From positions 62,001 through 126,000 of the forward strand of contig MCFE01000010.1 in assembly GCA_002104905.1 (NCBI GenBank): a stretch of 64,000 nt of DNA, in the 5' to 3' direction. Position numbers and translations under genes: made by a program. This DNA is from Basidiobolus meristosporus CBS 931.73. Its lineage: Eukaryota; Fungi; Basidiobolomycota. Under the pieces are notes generated by a model, which worked only from the letters and a program-made list of their open reading frames with translations, did no database searches and was not told the DNA's origin. Of the stretch, positions 35,644 through 47,719 are shown piece after piece. Each line of letters begins with the position of its first letter. Position 1 is the first letter of the stretch.

Positions 35644-38600
35644 TGTGGTGGTGTAGAGGCACTCCTGGGAGAAGCTACACAACTCAAGGTGTGTGAGGTG
35701 TCTGATGGGTGCAATAACCTCTGTGTCTAAACTGCTGGTGTCTTTGTCAATATGCCACTATGGTAAAAGCTCCTGCTTCTCTAGCTTCCTAGGTGCTCCA
35801 AGTGTCTCCAAAGGCCTCTGTGTGTCTTGTGCACTACCCTGAAAAGCTCCTTGATGGCAGGTCTGAGATGTACTGTTGAAGGCAGGTGCAGTGATCAACT
35901 GCTAATCAATAAGGGAGAAGTGTTACTGATAGAAGGGATGATTTATTGATGAGGGATTCCTTTCCCTTAAATACTTTTCCTGATTGCCAAGTGATTACTA
36001 ATGACAAGGTTCTAGAAGATTCTAGGTATCAGTGGAATTCTTGATGACATCACTATGAGCTAAAAATATGCCAAGAATGTCCTGGAAGGTTCTAAAAGGC
36101 ACAGCACTCCCAACCAATCAGGAATCAGTAGTCTGAAACCTGTGCAACATAGAAATACCATATATGGTATTGAAATGGTAGGGATGGTAACACAGATCTA
36201 GGTCATGTGTCACAGGTACTGACGCGGGTACTTGCCTTATATAGATACATCTACTGATCACAAAGCTGAATAACATCTGGGATAACTAATGCTAATAACT
36301 AATCAGGGTAAACACCATATGGGGATAATACTGATAATATGGGCAAAAGAAGAATGGGATAATACTGATAAGATAAAACATGGATAAGTATATCATAATG
36401 ACTATATGAATAAACTTGTCTGTGGGAGGTATGTTTACCCTACCACATCCACCCCCCACTTGAGCTAAAAAGTTTCAGGGAGCTTTTTAGCTAACCACTG
36501 TAAGTTTGGAGAACAAAGTGCTCTCTCAGTCTTCCTCAATGAAGCCACCTGTCCTTTCTTGAGATAGAAATCTACATGATGTCATTGATCGGATATTGTT
36601 TGTGTCCACACCACAGAAGGTTGCTGTTAGTCCTGGGCTCTCTGAGTATATAGTATACCATGCTGAACCATCTGGGTAGTTCACTGCAGTTGCTCTTGCT
36701 TTCACCTCCCATGGTCTTCCAAGAAGTAATTCAAAGTTAGCCTTTGCACAAATGAATACTGGGATCTCATGGGGTATTCCTTCAATGATGAGAGGGAAGC
36801 TGTGAATAATTCCTAAAAGCTTTGATTGCCCTGAGTTGGCATCCTTCATGCTCCAATTGATATTGGTGTCTATGGGCAATAGGTCTTTGCATGGTAGTTG
36901 TTTCCAAGCCTCCAAAGGCATCACACATATCTCAGATCCACTGTCTATATGACATAGGATTTCTTGATTATGCACAGTTCCTGTAGTTGTTGCAGTTGCC
37001 ACTGAGTAGTAGTGTTTCTGGCTTTGATGCAGCTTACTAATATCTTTGCTTCCTTGAACTGTCCTGACCTGGTTGCCTTGAGTTGCTTCAATTGGATGCT
37101 TTCTTATTCTGATATGCTCATCCAGAGTCTTTCTTACAGATGGTGATACACTGAGTAGCTCTCCAACCTTGATTGATATGTTGCTTCCTAGTATATGACT
37201 TGTCAGAGCCTCTGGGGTACCATTTTGCTTGACTCTAGGCTGCATGTGGTAGTTGTTGGCTTTGGCAGACTCTTGTAAAATTAATGGGGGTGATGCTTTC
37301 TTCTCAATCACAACTTCTGGCTCACATCTTGGTACTTTTGTTGCTGGGCCTGGATTAGTCATTTTTTCAGGATGGTGTCTCTTTGAAGCATAAATTGAAG
37401 CTATATGATCTTGGGCCTCTCTGGGGTCCTCATAGTCAAAGTTCAGAACTTCAGCTGGATCAAAGTAGTCAGGATCTTCTTCTTCATGGAGGTGAACCTT
37501 TCTTGTTTGAGAGGTGACTTGCTTGTAGTGAACTCTCATTCCTCCTTGTCCAAATGCTGTGGATAATTTGTCACCATGCTTACTGACTATGTATCCCTGA
37601 GGACTATATAGGATATCACCTGTGGATAGTAATGACTGAAGCTCTTGGCAATTTCTCTTGGAATGGTTGGCAGAGTCACACCACATGCATGTATATTTGA
37701 CTTCTTTCTCTACTGGCTTCTGACCATATGCTTTGCTGGCAAGTAGCAAAGAGAGTTTCTCTAGTTGCTGTGTCAGCTCCTGAATTTGAGTGCTTTGATT
37801 GCTGGGATTAAGTATGTCTTGGCTATCTTGGTTTTGTTCTGGGCTTGAAAGAAGCTTTCTGATTGGTGAGGTTTCTTCAGGGGCAAGTAGAATCTGCTTA
37901 GCTAACTGAAATGCAGGCAGTGAACTCATAGCTTTCACAGTAGGATTGTTTTCAATCCTTCTCACCAGGCCTTCGGGTAGTGCTCTGAGCAGATAGGCAG
38001 ATAATGTCAGATCAGTGATAATGCCTTGGGCTTTCAGTGACTCTCCAATTTGCTCAAGGCCACTCAAGTATTCTTTCAATGGTAGCTGCTTAAACTTGCT
38101 ATAAGCAAAGTTCTCCAAGTCTTGAAGTGTGTAGTCAACTTGTCTCTCTCCATATTCATCAATCAAGTAGCTCTTCAAGAGGGTCCAATTTGTCAGCAGA
38201 TCATTTCTTTCATATAATGAGAGCATGATCTCATCAGTGCTGTAGGGGGGCATCTCTCCAGCCATAATGGCCTCAGGTATTTTGTGAGCTCTGCAGAAAA
38301 GCTCCCACCTCTTGATGAAAGCTTTAACTTTGGTTCCATCAAAGAAAGGAGTTCCTTGCATTCCTGGTAAAGGTAGATCCATGGTCTTGATAATTTGTTC
38401 TTTCTTAAGTCTTCTAGGGGCAGTTCAGTCAAACCCCCCACGTTGGGTGCCAAATATGTGGTGGTGTAGAGGCACTCCTGGGAGAAGCTACACAACTCAA
38501 GGTGTGTGAGGTGTCTGATGGGTGCAATAACCTCTGTGTCTAAACTGCTGGTGTCTTTGTCAATATGCCACTATGGTAAAAGCTCCTGCTTCTCTAGCTT

Positions 38601-39260
38601 CCTAGGTGCTCCAAGTGTCTCCAAAGGCCTCTGTGTGTCTTGTGCACTACCCTGAAAAGCTCCTTGATGGCAGGTCTGAGATGTACTGTTGAAGGCAGGT
38701 GCAGTGATCAACTGCTAATCAATAAGGGAGAAGTGTTACTGATAGAAGGGATGATTTATTGATGAGGGATTCCTTTCCCTTAAATACTTTTCCTGATTGC
38801 CAAGTGATTACTAATGACAAGGTTCTAGAAGATTCTAGGTATCAGTGGAATTCTTGATGACATCACTATGAGCTAAAAATATGCCAAGAATGTCCTGGAA
38901 GGTTCTAAAAGGCACAGCACTCCCAACCAATCAGGAATCAGTAGTCTGAAACCTGTGCAACATAGAAATACCATATATGGTATTGAAATGGTAGGGATGG
39001 TAACACAGATCTAGGTCATGTGTCACAGGTACTGACGCGGGTACTTGCCTTATATAGATACATCTACTGATCACAAAGCTGAATAACATCTGGGATAACT
39101 AATGCTAATAACTAATCAGGGTAAACACCATATGGGGATAATACTGATAATATGGGCAAAAGAAGAATGGGATAATACTGATAAGATAAAACATGGATAA
39201 GTATATCATAATGACTATATGAATAAACTTGTCTGTGGGAGGTATGTTTACCCTACCACA
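35644..39260 (-). mobile_element. LTR element A3 (young copy, 3617 bp) inserted in the chromodomain of B
   Basis: LTRs 35644-36447 and 38457-39260 look identical by eye; TSD CCGG (35640-35643 / 39261-39264). Confidence 0.95.
36526..38382 (-). CDS. Gag-protease, 618 aa, element A3
   Basis: Intact ORF differing from A1 at only about 6 residues. Confidence 0.92.
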   Translation of the reverse strand: MDLPLPGMQGTPFFDGTKVKAFIKRWELFCRAHKIPEAIMAGEMPPYSTDEIMLSLYERNDLLTNWTLLKSYLIDEYGERQVDYTLQDLENFAYSKFKQLPLKEYLSGLEQIGESLKAQGIITDLTLSAYLLRALPEGLVRRIENNPTVKAMSSLPAFQLAKQILLAPEETSPIRKLLSSPEQNQDSQDILNPSNQSTQIQELTQQLEKLSLLLASKAYGQKPVEKEVKYTCMWCDSANHSKRNCQELQSLLSTGDILYSPQGYIVSKHGDKLSTAFGQGGMRVHYKQVTSQTRKVHLHEEEDPDYFDPAEVLNFDYEDPREAQDHIASIYASKRHHPEKMTNPGPATKVPRCEPEVVIEKKASPPLILQESAKANNYHMQPRVKQNGTPEALTSHILGSNISIKVGELLSVSPSVRKTLDEHIRIRKHPIEATQGNQVRTVQGSKDISKLHQSQKHYYSVATATTTGTVHNQEILCHIDSGSEICVMPLEAWKQLPCKDLLPIDTNINWSMKDANSGQSKLLGIIHSFPLIIEGIPHEIPVFICAKANFELLLGRPWEVKARATAVNYPDGSAWYTIYSESPGLTATFCGVDTNNIRSMTSCRFLSQERTGGFIEED

Positions 39261-41570
39261 CCGGCTACCCATCTCACTAATTGTCAAGAACTAGTTACCC
39301 AGTTCCACCAACAATATCCTGCAAAACCTGCCCCAAAGGGAAACAGAGCTATGCCTGGAAGAGGAGAATAGTGTCATAATCACATGACAACCATGAACAC
39401 CCATGCCAAGTTTCAGCTTCCTAGCTCAATTTCTAAGAGATTCCTTCTGGAACCTTCTACCACCTTCCAGAAAGTTCCTGACCATTCCAAACCATTGTTA
39501 AACAATGGAGCATTCCATGGAACCTTCCCATCATATTTTTCATAGTCCAGTACCATATATGGAAATACCAGGTCACATGACTTAGTCACATGATCAGGTG
39601 ATCCAATCCATTTCCCCATCCTGTCTCAGTGCCGTGTCATCTATGTCATTATCCCCAGCACCATTGCTGTGCCTCACCCCACAACCCCATTAGTATTAGC
39701 TAATATCTCTCAGCATCAGTATAGTCAAAAAGTATATATAGTCCTATCCCCCCTTAAGTATTCCTCAGTCTGATAAACACAGGTCTTGAATAAACAGCCT
39801 TGCCTTGGAAATCCGCCTTGCCTTGTTGATCCACACCTAAGTCCTTTCCTGGTCCTGCTGTGCCTAGCTTTTCCTCCTGCCTTGTGTCTATTCATAACAG
39901 TCTCTCTCTATATTCATCAATCAAGTAGCTCTTCAAGAGGGTCCAATTTGTCAGCAGATCATTTCTTTCATATAATGAGAGCATGATCTCATCAGTGCTG
40001 TAGGGGGGCATCTCTTCAGCCATAATGGCCTCAGGTATTTTGTGGGCTCTGCAGAAAAGCTCCCACCTCTTGATGAAAGCTTTGAGTTTAGTTCCATCAA
40101 AGAAAGGGGTTCCTTTCATTCCTGGTAAAGGTAGATCCATGGTCTTGATAATTTGTTCTTTCTTAAGTCTTCTAGGGGCAGTTCAGTCAAACCCCCCACA
40201 TTGGGTGCCAATTATGTGGTGGTGTAGAGGTACTCCTGGGAGAAGCTACACAACTCAAGGTGTGTGAGGTGTCTGATGGGTGCAATAACCTCTGTGTCTA
40301 AACTGCTGGTGTCTTTGTCAATATGTCACTATGGTAAAAGCTCCTGCTTCTTTAGCTTCCTAGGTGCTCCAAGTGTCTCCAAAGGCCTCTGTGTTTCTTG
40401 TGCACTACCCCAAAAAGCTCCTTGATGGCAGGTCTGAGATGTACTGTTGAAGGCAGGTGCAGTGATCAACTGCTATTCAATAAGGTAGAAGTGTTACTGA
40501 TAGAAGGGATGATTTATTGATGAGGGATTGCTTTCCCTTAAATACTTTCCCTGATTGCCAAGTGATTACTAATGACAAGGTTCTAGAAGATTCTAAGTAT
40601 CAGTGGAATTCTTGATGACATCACTATGAGCTAAAAATATGCCAAGAATGTCATGGAAGGTTCTAAAAGGCACAGCACTTTCAACCAATCAGGAATCAGT
40701 AGTCTGACACCTGTGCAACATGGAAATACCACATATGGTATTGAAATGGTAGGGATGGTAACGCAGACCTAGGTCATGTGTCACAGGTACTGATGCAGGT
40801 ACTTGCCTTATTTAGATGCATCTACTTATCACAAAGCTGAATAACATCTGGGATAACTAATGCTAATAACTAATCAGGGTAAACATCATATGGGGATAAC
40901 ACTAATAATATGGGCAAAAGAAGAATGGGATAATACTGATAAGATAAATATGGATAAGTATATCATAATGACTATATGAGTAAACTTGTCTGTGGGAGGT
41001 ATGTTTACCCTACCACACCAGCACTGTCCTGGCAACCTGATATTTCTTAACTGCTGGTTATGAGCCTTTAGCTTGCTTATGACTGGCTCATGAGAATGCT
41101 AGGAGTTTATGTTAGAGTCAGGTCCTTCACTGCTACCTAGAATGAGTACTTCTTGCAATGAGCTATTTTTTTACCTTGATAAATGTTGCTTTGATACATT
41201 ATTTCTGCTGCTTGCATGTTACCAGCACTCTTCTGGCTACCTGTTGTTTCTTTGCTGCTTATTTAGAGCTTCCAGCACTGCTTATGGCAAGCTCTCAAGG
41301 AAGCTGCTGACTTTTATAGTGTAGCACCCCTTTTCCTCTGCCTTTGATGGTTTCTGCCTTCCTGGTGACACTTTTCTAGCATACCAATGCAGGCCCAAGA
41401 GCTGTTTGTGAGCCTGAATCCAGGATAGTGCTCATGGAGTAGGTGAAGCACATTCTGCTTGGTCTTGAGTTCCCGTTAGTCCCATAGGATGTTAGCCCTG
41501 AGGTAATACTATGCTGGACTTCTCATGGTCTCTCAGATACTGGGCCATTCTTCATCATTACACTCAGTGG

Positions 41571-42641
41571 TGTGGTGGTGTATAGGTCCAAGGGAGAAAT
41601 ACGTCCAACACTTCTCAAGTGTTTTGTGTGTGGGGTATTCACTGGGTGCAATAACCTCTGGCAAAAGCTTGCTAGGAATACTTGGGTTCTGTCTCTAATC
41701 TAATGTGAAGGGGAATAAAGCCTCAAGCTTGTCAAGGCAAAATTATTGAGCTATAATCCCCAACTTAGTTGGCATCTTAACAAAAGTATGTGCTGGGTTC
41801 AGCATCCTTTGAGATGACAATGTACTAAAGCTTCCAAAGTCAAAACAACTGTAAACTCCTCCAGTGGGGACTTGATAAGAATGCAGCTGTGGTCAATAGT
41901 TACAAAGACAGATAAGTATCTTTGCCTGTACAAGAACAAACTTGGGAAAGAATCAAATAAAATAAAGGATACCTACACTGAGTATTCCTCACAAGTAGTG
42001 CCTCCAAGGTCAGTGGGCTGTCAGTGTGGTTTCCTGGGAGTGTCCTGTGGTCTGGGGTCAGAAGTTCAGGTAGCAGCAGGTATCAGTGATCAGACCAATC
42101 AACAAGTCAGTATATTGATAAAAGGGATGATGATTTATTGTTGAGGGATAGCCTCCCTTAAATTCTTTTCTAACTGGCTAAGTTATTACTAATCATGGTA
42201 TTCCAGAAGGTTCCAGATATCAATAGAAATCTTAATGACATCAGAATGACCTATGAATGTTCTAAATAGGTGCTGGAAAGTTCTAAGAGGTACAGCACAT
42301 CCAACCAATCAGGAATCAGTATTCTGAAACCTGTGTAACATAGAGTTACCATATATGGTATGGAAATGGTAGGGATGGTGACATGGGTTGATCATGTATC
42401 ATGGGTACTGGCGCGGGTACTTGCCTAATATAGAAGCACATATAGCTAGTAATCTTACATAAAGTGAGGGGTAACTTATGCAATAAGGTAAGCAGGTGAG
42501 ATAGTCAATCAGCTTATGGGAAAGTATTGATTGGGTAAGACAAATGGGATAAAACTAAAATAAATGTAGTAGAGATATAGGGAAGTAGAAAATAAGGGAA
42601 TGAGCACATCTGTCAGTGGGTGTCACTGTCACCCCACTACA
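41571..42641 (-). repeat. Solo LTR C2
   Basis: Full-length homolog of C1; flanks GTGG / GCAG are both derivable from GCGG by CpG deamination. Confidence 0.9.
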
Positions 42642-44042
42642 GCAGCTTGATTGATCTCCAATGTCCTTTAGCTTTTAGGCCAGGGCATAGACACCACAAT
42701 CTCTCCCTCCCATGCTGTGATAGGTTTTTATATGGGCTTATCTTTGGATGGTATTGTTGTGCTTCAAAGAACATCTTGGTGTTTTTCTGCTGCATTGTTG
42801 GGAAATGGCTCAATTCCTGGCTGTGACATTGAGCTACTTTCAGACTGTTCAATGTTCCTCTGCTGCTTCATTGGGAAATGGCTCAATTATTGACTGTGAC
42901 ACCAAGCTACTCAAGTTCCTTCTTTGCAGCCTAGATACAGCATTCTTTACCTGCAATATTAATTACTCTACACATATTATTTGCTCATCATGTCTCTGGA
43001 CAAGTTCATGACTTGTTTGGTTTTTGTATGTATCCTATTAGTCACTGCCTCTTGTTGTCTTATTACTCATTTGGTATGAGCTGACAGCATTCTTGCTGAT
43101 AATGGTGGTGGTGAACCTATGATGGTCATTTGCTGGTCTTCTACTTGAGGTACTGTACTTGCTACAAGGTCATCAGCCTGGGCATTATGGTCCGCTTGTG
43201 GCTCTGCAGACATTGATATTTGCCTTCTTGACCAAAAATGTGATATACCCACCAAAGGTTGTGATGTGGGCACACTTTCAACATTGCCTTTTTGGATGTA
43301 GCCCACTTGTTGCATTGATTATTAGAGCAAGCTGTTGGCTAACTGCTTTTCTGCTGTAATTTGTGGTGAGCACAGTTGGTAACCAAAAACCTGGCTTAAT
43401 TATTTGGCAGCATATTTATGGAATCAACTCAGACAAACTGGGAAATAGTATTATGTACATGTGTATGTGGTGCTACAGTTTCATCTTAAAGTATACCATA
43501 GTGGGTCACCATTGAATCCTACATTTGTACACATACAATGTATTCAAAACAAGATTGTCTTAATATCACATGAGTTTTGACAAAATGGTCATATAATAGG
43601 GCTACATTGCTGAGTGTCAAGCTATTTGCCCCATGGACAAGATATGCTTAGTTAAGCCCATAAGAGAAGGGAAGATTGACCATGTGGCTATTGTAACCAG
43701 CCCCTCAGTAACAAGCATGCAGAATGCATAGGAGGTATTACTAGGATCTCAGCCAGTGTTCTGACTAAAATGCCATATCTGAGTATACAGCAGTTAGCAC
43801 TGTTCAAATATAATCTTAACAGCTACCTGATACTTTCATAACACCACTTAGCCATATTTGCCACATTGTATGAAATGACTCAGGTGAGCTTGTGATGCAT
43901 TAGGATCACCTCAGCCTTTCAAATATGGCACACAAAGTGATAGCTCTGAGCAAGAATGCTCAACAATGGATTGTGAGGCCAGCTTCCCTCAAAACAGCAC
44001 TGAGCATGAGCCTGGCAATAACCCCACATGCAATGGGACAAC

Positions 44043-44130
44043 TGTTGAGATATTGATCTATTTAGTATCATTCAGCAGCTAATAATTTACTTAGCCTTTC
44101 TAGACTAGTCTTGGTCACTGTACAACTCAT
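44043..44130 (+). repeat. Truncated 5' part of an F-family LTR
   Basis: tgttgagatattgatctatttagtatcattcagcagc matches the start of the LTR at 44984. Confidence 0.7.
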
Positions 44131-44251
44131 TTAAAGCCATTCTGCCATGAATACCTCCTGCATATCTGCAAAGGACTTTTTGGCATTTGGCCAATATTTT
44201 CCATCTCCCTACTGTATTCTGGTACCTCTCATGGGTACACTCTGGTTCTTG

Positions 44252-44620
44252 TGTTACAATTTAGGAAGTGATTTGGATATAAGGAGCTTAGCAAGATATA
44301 GTGATAATAGTTGAACTATTGTTTATTCATAAAGTGGATCAGTGTTTATACCTTTGTAGAAGTAATACAGCTGTAACACTAAGAAGGGGGGGTTTCTTAA
44401 CATTCAGGTGAACTATGTAATAGTTTCAGGCTTAGTAGATGATGTTTGGTAAAAAGTGTTAATATGATCTTCACTTTAGGGGAATAATCATACAATCATA
44501 GATGTGTGGAAACTGGCAAAGTTGGGGCTGCAAATAGGTCCTACAGTGACCAAGATTAGTCCAGAATTGTCAAGCAAATTTTTAGCTGCTGAATGATACA
44601 AATAGCTCAATATTTTAACA
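44252..44620 (-). repeat. Solo LTR F (369 bp)
   Basis: Reverse complement of 44984-45352; flanks TCTTG / ACTTG. Confidence 0.8.
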
Positions 44621-44983
44621 ACTTGCTGATAGGAATTCTGTATTGGATGCTGAGGAAATGGACTTGTGTCCAGGAGAAACCTAGTATTCTTTAGTATAGT
44701 TGTGCAAGTAAAATTTTGTTGCTTGCTATATCCAAACCACCTTTCCATCAAGTAACTGATTACCCACTCATTGTGGCTGCTTAGCTTCTTAATGCCAAAG
44801 GCATTGGTGCCTCCATATGCACTTTTGTCATCAGTATTCTCCAACTCCTCCTGGTTATCCTCAATGTGCAACTCATCATATCCATGACAGATTTGAAGGA
44901 AACATTTTTAATAAAATGGGATAAGGTTGTACTTGAAACTTGACTTGTCTCCCTGTTTCCCAACACACCTGCTCCATAGAAAA

Positions 44984-45352
44984 TGTTGAAATATTGGACT
45001 ATTTGGTATCATTCAGCAGCTAAAAATTTACTTAACAATTCTAGGCTAGTCTTAGTCACTGTAGGACTCATTTACTGCCTTAACTTTGCCACTTTCTCCA
45101 GATATATGATCTTATGATTATTCCCCTATAGTCAGGATCAAATTAGCACTATTACCAAACATTATGTACTAACCCTGAAACTGTTACAGAATGCTCCTGA
45201 ATATTGAGAAACCCTCCCTACTTAGTGTTGCAGCTGTATTACTTCTACAAAGGTATAAATACTGAGCTTCTTTATGAATAAACAAAAGTTTAACTATTAT
45301 CACTATTTCTTGATAAGTTCCTTTTATCCAAATCACTTCTTAAATTGCAACA
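44984..45352 (+). repeat. Solo LTR F (369 bp)
   Basis: TG..CA termini with perfect 5-bp TSD GAAAA. Confidence 0.88.
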
Positions 45353-46140
45353 GAAAACTCCCAAAAGGTAACGCACAGCACAATATTCTCCACACACAAA
45401 GCAAGATGGAGTAATGAATGATATGGTAGCTGCAAAGATCTTTGCATTCAGCTCTATGCCAATAGTAAAGCTGCTTGCCAATACAAACTCCTCACACAAA
45501 AGCTGCAGTGGACATATTTTCTGGTAAAACCCAAGGTGCAATTTTTTGATGGTCTTTGCACAGTAATCTCACAGCGTCTGTTATGTTGTGTTTAACTAAT
45601 GTGGGGCTTGACCTGCATTGCAGTGGCTGATCTCTAGTATACCACAACTTTGAGTTATCTGCCACTGAAACAGCTTATTTGGAGTCTGTTATGTTTGTAG
45701 AAGTTGTAACTTTAACTAGTATCCTCAATCTTGTGCTCAAGATGCACTATAGGCAGCGTTTCCCATTTCTGCAGCAGAGTTCCAACCTTCTATTAGCTAA
45801 TGTGAATATTACTTTAGAGTAACATTTCCTTATTTGAGCATAACTTTCCTTTCTGAGAATATATTTTTTTTTGGATATTTTAGCCTTCCCTTTGATGCAA
45901 TGGGGTGAGGTAAAGGCATTTCTAAAGGGGTCTTTAGACCTCAAGGGCAACCAGTGTGGTGTCTTTAGAGTATGGAGCTTTTGCAGTTATCTCTCAAGAT
46001 GTATTTAAACTATTGGGGTGCCCAATGATGTTTCTTTAGTGTAAAAGGATTTCTTAAAGGGGTCTCAAAAGTGGTCTTTTACTACATGGTTTTTTAGAGA
46101 GAATATTTCCAAGAAAAGGGGGTAGCTTGCTTGTAGAGCT

Positions 46141-46206
46141 CAGATTGGATTCATGTGAGCTTTGCAGTGTTTACAGATTGAATTCATGCAAGCTTTGTAG
46201 TGTTTT
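46141..46206. repeat. 33-bp tandem duplication
   Basis: cagattggattcatgtgagctttgcagtgttta / cagattgaattcatgcaagctttgtagtgtttt. Confidence 0.85.
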
Positions 46207-46821
46207 TACTGATGAAGTATCAGTCACATTCAAATAATCAACAGTACAAGTAATGCAGGGAAAGTATTATAATCTTTAAGCTTGTTATTGTAGTGTGGAG
46301 ATTCTGGAAAGAGGGGCCATTTATTTTTCAGCTGGGGAGGTCATAAATAGTGCTGCAATCTGAAACAAGAGTTGGCTACTGAGTGTTCTGCATAGTGTAA
46401 TATTTGTGGGTGAATTGTCTGTCAGGGTCTTGAGCTTGTGTTCTTCAAAGTGGGGTATTCTTCATCTTTCGTCTATTTATTATGCTAGCAAAAGCCAAAA
46501 GAAAGAAAGGAGTGCAATGCTTGTTTTGAGATATTGTCATAATGGAATACTCACCATTACCACTCCTCAATACCTCTTAGTCTCAGAATTCATATTTTAC
46601 AATGGCTTTTTGAGAGGATTGAACAATCATTTCTGATAGGGCTTGAATTACTGCTAAGATGTACATCCTGCAAACAAATGCTTGTTAGCCACTGCTTTTG
46701 CCAGGAGTAACTCTTGAATATCTACAAATAGCTTTTCATCATTAATAAATATGTTTTTTCTCCTTGCTGAAATCTGATCACCTCTATAGATGTAGTCAGG
46801 TTCTTTTTTGTGTTGATGCCA

Positions 46822-47719
46822 TCTATTGCGCTACAATCCCAAACTTAGTTGGCATCTTAACAAAAGTATGTGCTGGGTTCAGCATCCTTTGAGAAGACAA
46901 TGTACTAAAGCTACTATAGTCAAAGCAACTGTAAACTCCACCAGCAGGGACTTGATAAGAATACAGCTATGGCCAATAGTGACAATGACAGAACAGTATC
47001 TTTGCTTGTAGAAGAATAAACTTGGGAAAGTATCAAATATAATAAAAGAAAACTACTTTGAGTATTCCTCACAAGTAGTGCCTCCAAGATCAGTTGGCTG
47101 TCAGCATGATTTCCTGGGAGTGTCCTGTGGTCTGGAATTTGAAGTTCAGGTAGCAGCAGGTAGCACTGTTTACACAAAGCAACAAGCTGGTATATTGATA
47201 AACAGATGATGCTTTATTGTTGAGGGATTGGCTTTCTTATATACTTTTCTAACTGGCTAGGTGGTTGCTAATCATGGTGTTCCAGGAGGTTCTAGAGGTC
47301 AAATGTAATCTTAATGATGTCAGAACAAGCTCAGAGTTTTCTAAGAAGGGGCTGGTAGGTTTTAAGAGACATGGCACATCCAATCAATCAAGAATCAATA
47401 CTTTGAAGCCTGTGTAACATAGGAATACCATATATGGTATTGAAATGGTAGGGGTGGAGACATGGTTTGGTCATGTGTCACGGGTACTGGTGCATGTACT
47501 TGCCTAATATAGAGTCACTTATTGCCAGTAATCTTACAAAACGTGAGGGATGACTTATGAAATAAGGTAAGTAGGTGTGCTAGTCAGCTGGCTTATGGGA
47601 TAGTTCTGATCAAGTAAGATAAATGGAATAAAGCTAAAATAAGTGTAGTAGAGAGATAGGGAAGTAGAAAATATGGGATGAGCACGTCTGTTAGTGGGTG
47701 TCACTGTGACCCCACTACA
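46822..47719 (-). repeat. Truncated LTR C3
   Basis: Homologous to C1 from ~24075 to its end; first ~170 bp missing; right flank GTGT. Confidence 0.85.

Larger units (their letters stand above)
32205..39371 (+). pseudogene. Pol of chromovirus B (PR, RT, RNase H, IN, chromodomain), disabled
   Basis: ALIDSGAS, YLDDILIYS, TDASDFALGA, ISMDFITDLP. Chromodomain FEVKQILDSK..YLVDWIGY..TWEP|ATHLTNCQELVTQFH rejoins across A3. Several stops and frameshifts. Confidence 0.9.
30366..39899 (+). mobile_element. Ty3/gypsy chromovirus B, 528-bp LTRs, interrupted by A3
   Basis: LTRs 30366-30893 and 39372-39899; 5-bp TSD GTCTC (30361-30365 / 39900-39904); purine tract before 39372. Domain order gag-PR-RT-RNase H-IN-chromodomain. 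Confidence 0.95.
27861..41017 (-). mobile_element. LTR element A2 (older copy; ORF broken by stops and by insertion of B)
   Basis: LTRs 27861-28664 and 40215-41017 with several mismatches; TSD CCGG (27857-27860) / CCAG (41018-41021); ~3618 bp after removing B. Confidence 0.93.
27253..44042. mobile_element. CMC/EnSpm-like copy E3 (ORF2 on minus, transposase start on plus), host of E1, A2 and C2
   Basis: Pieces 27253-27860, 41018-41570 and 42642-44042 are collinear with the reverse complement of E2 ~60110-62410. Confidence 0.8.
44131..45530 (-). mobile_element. E-family transposase C-terminal fragment (E4) carrying two solo F LTRs
   Basis: Collinear with E2 ~58040-58690 (ELENTDDKSAYGGTNAFGIKKLS). 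Confidence 0.75.

Noticed and set aside
10305-41017. Long repeated blocks as a CRISPR array or segmental duplication
   Set aside because: They are LTRs and whole retroelements with TG..CA ends, PBS/PPT and individual TSDs; there is no repeat-spacer periodicity.
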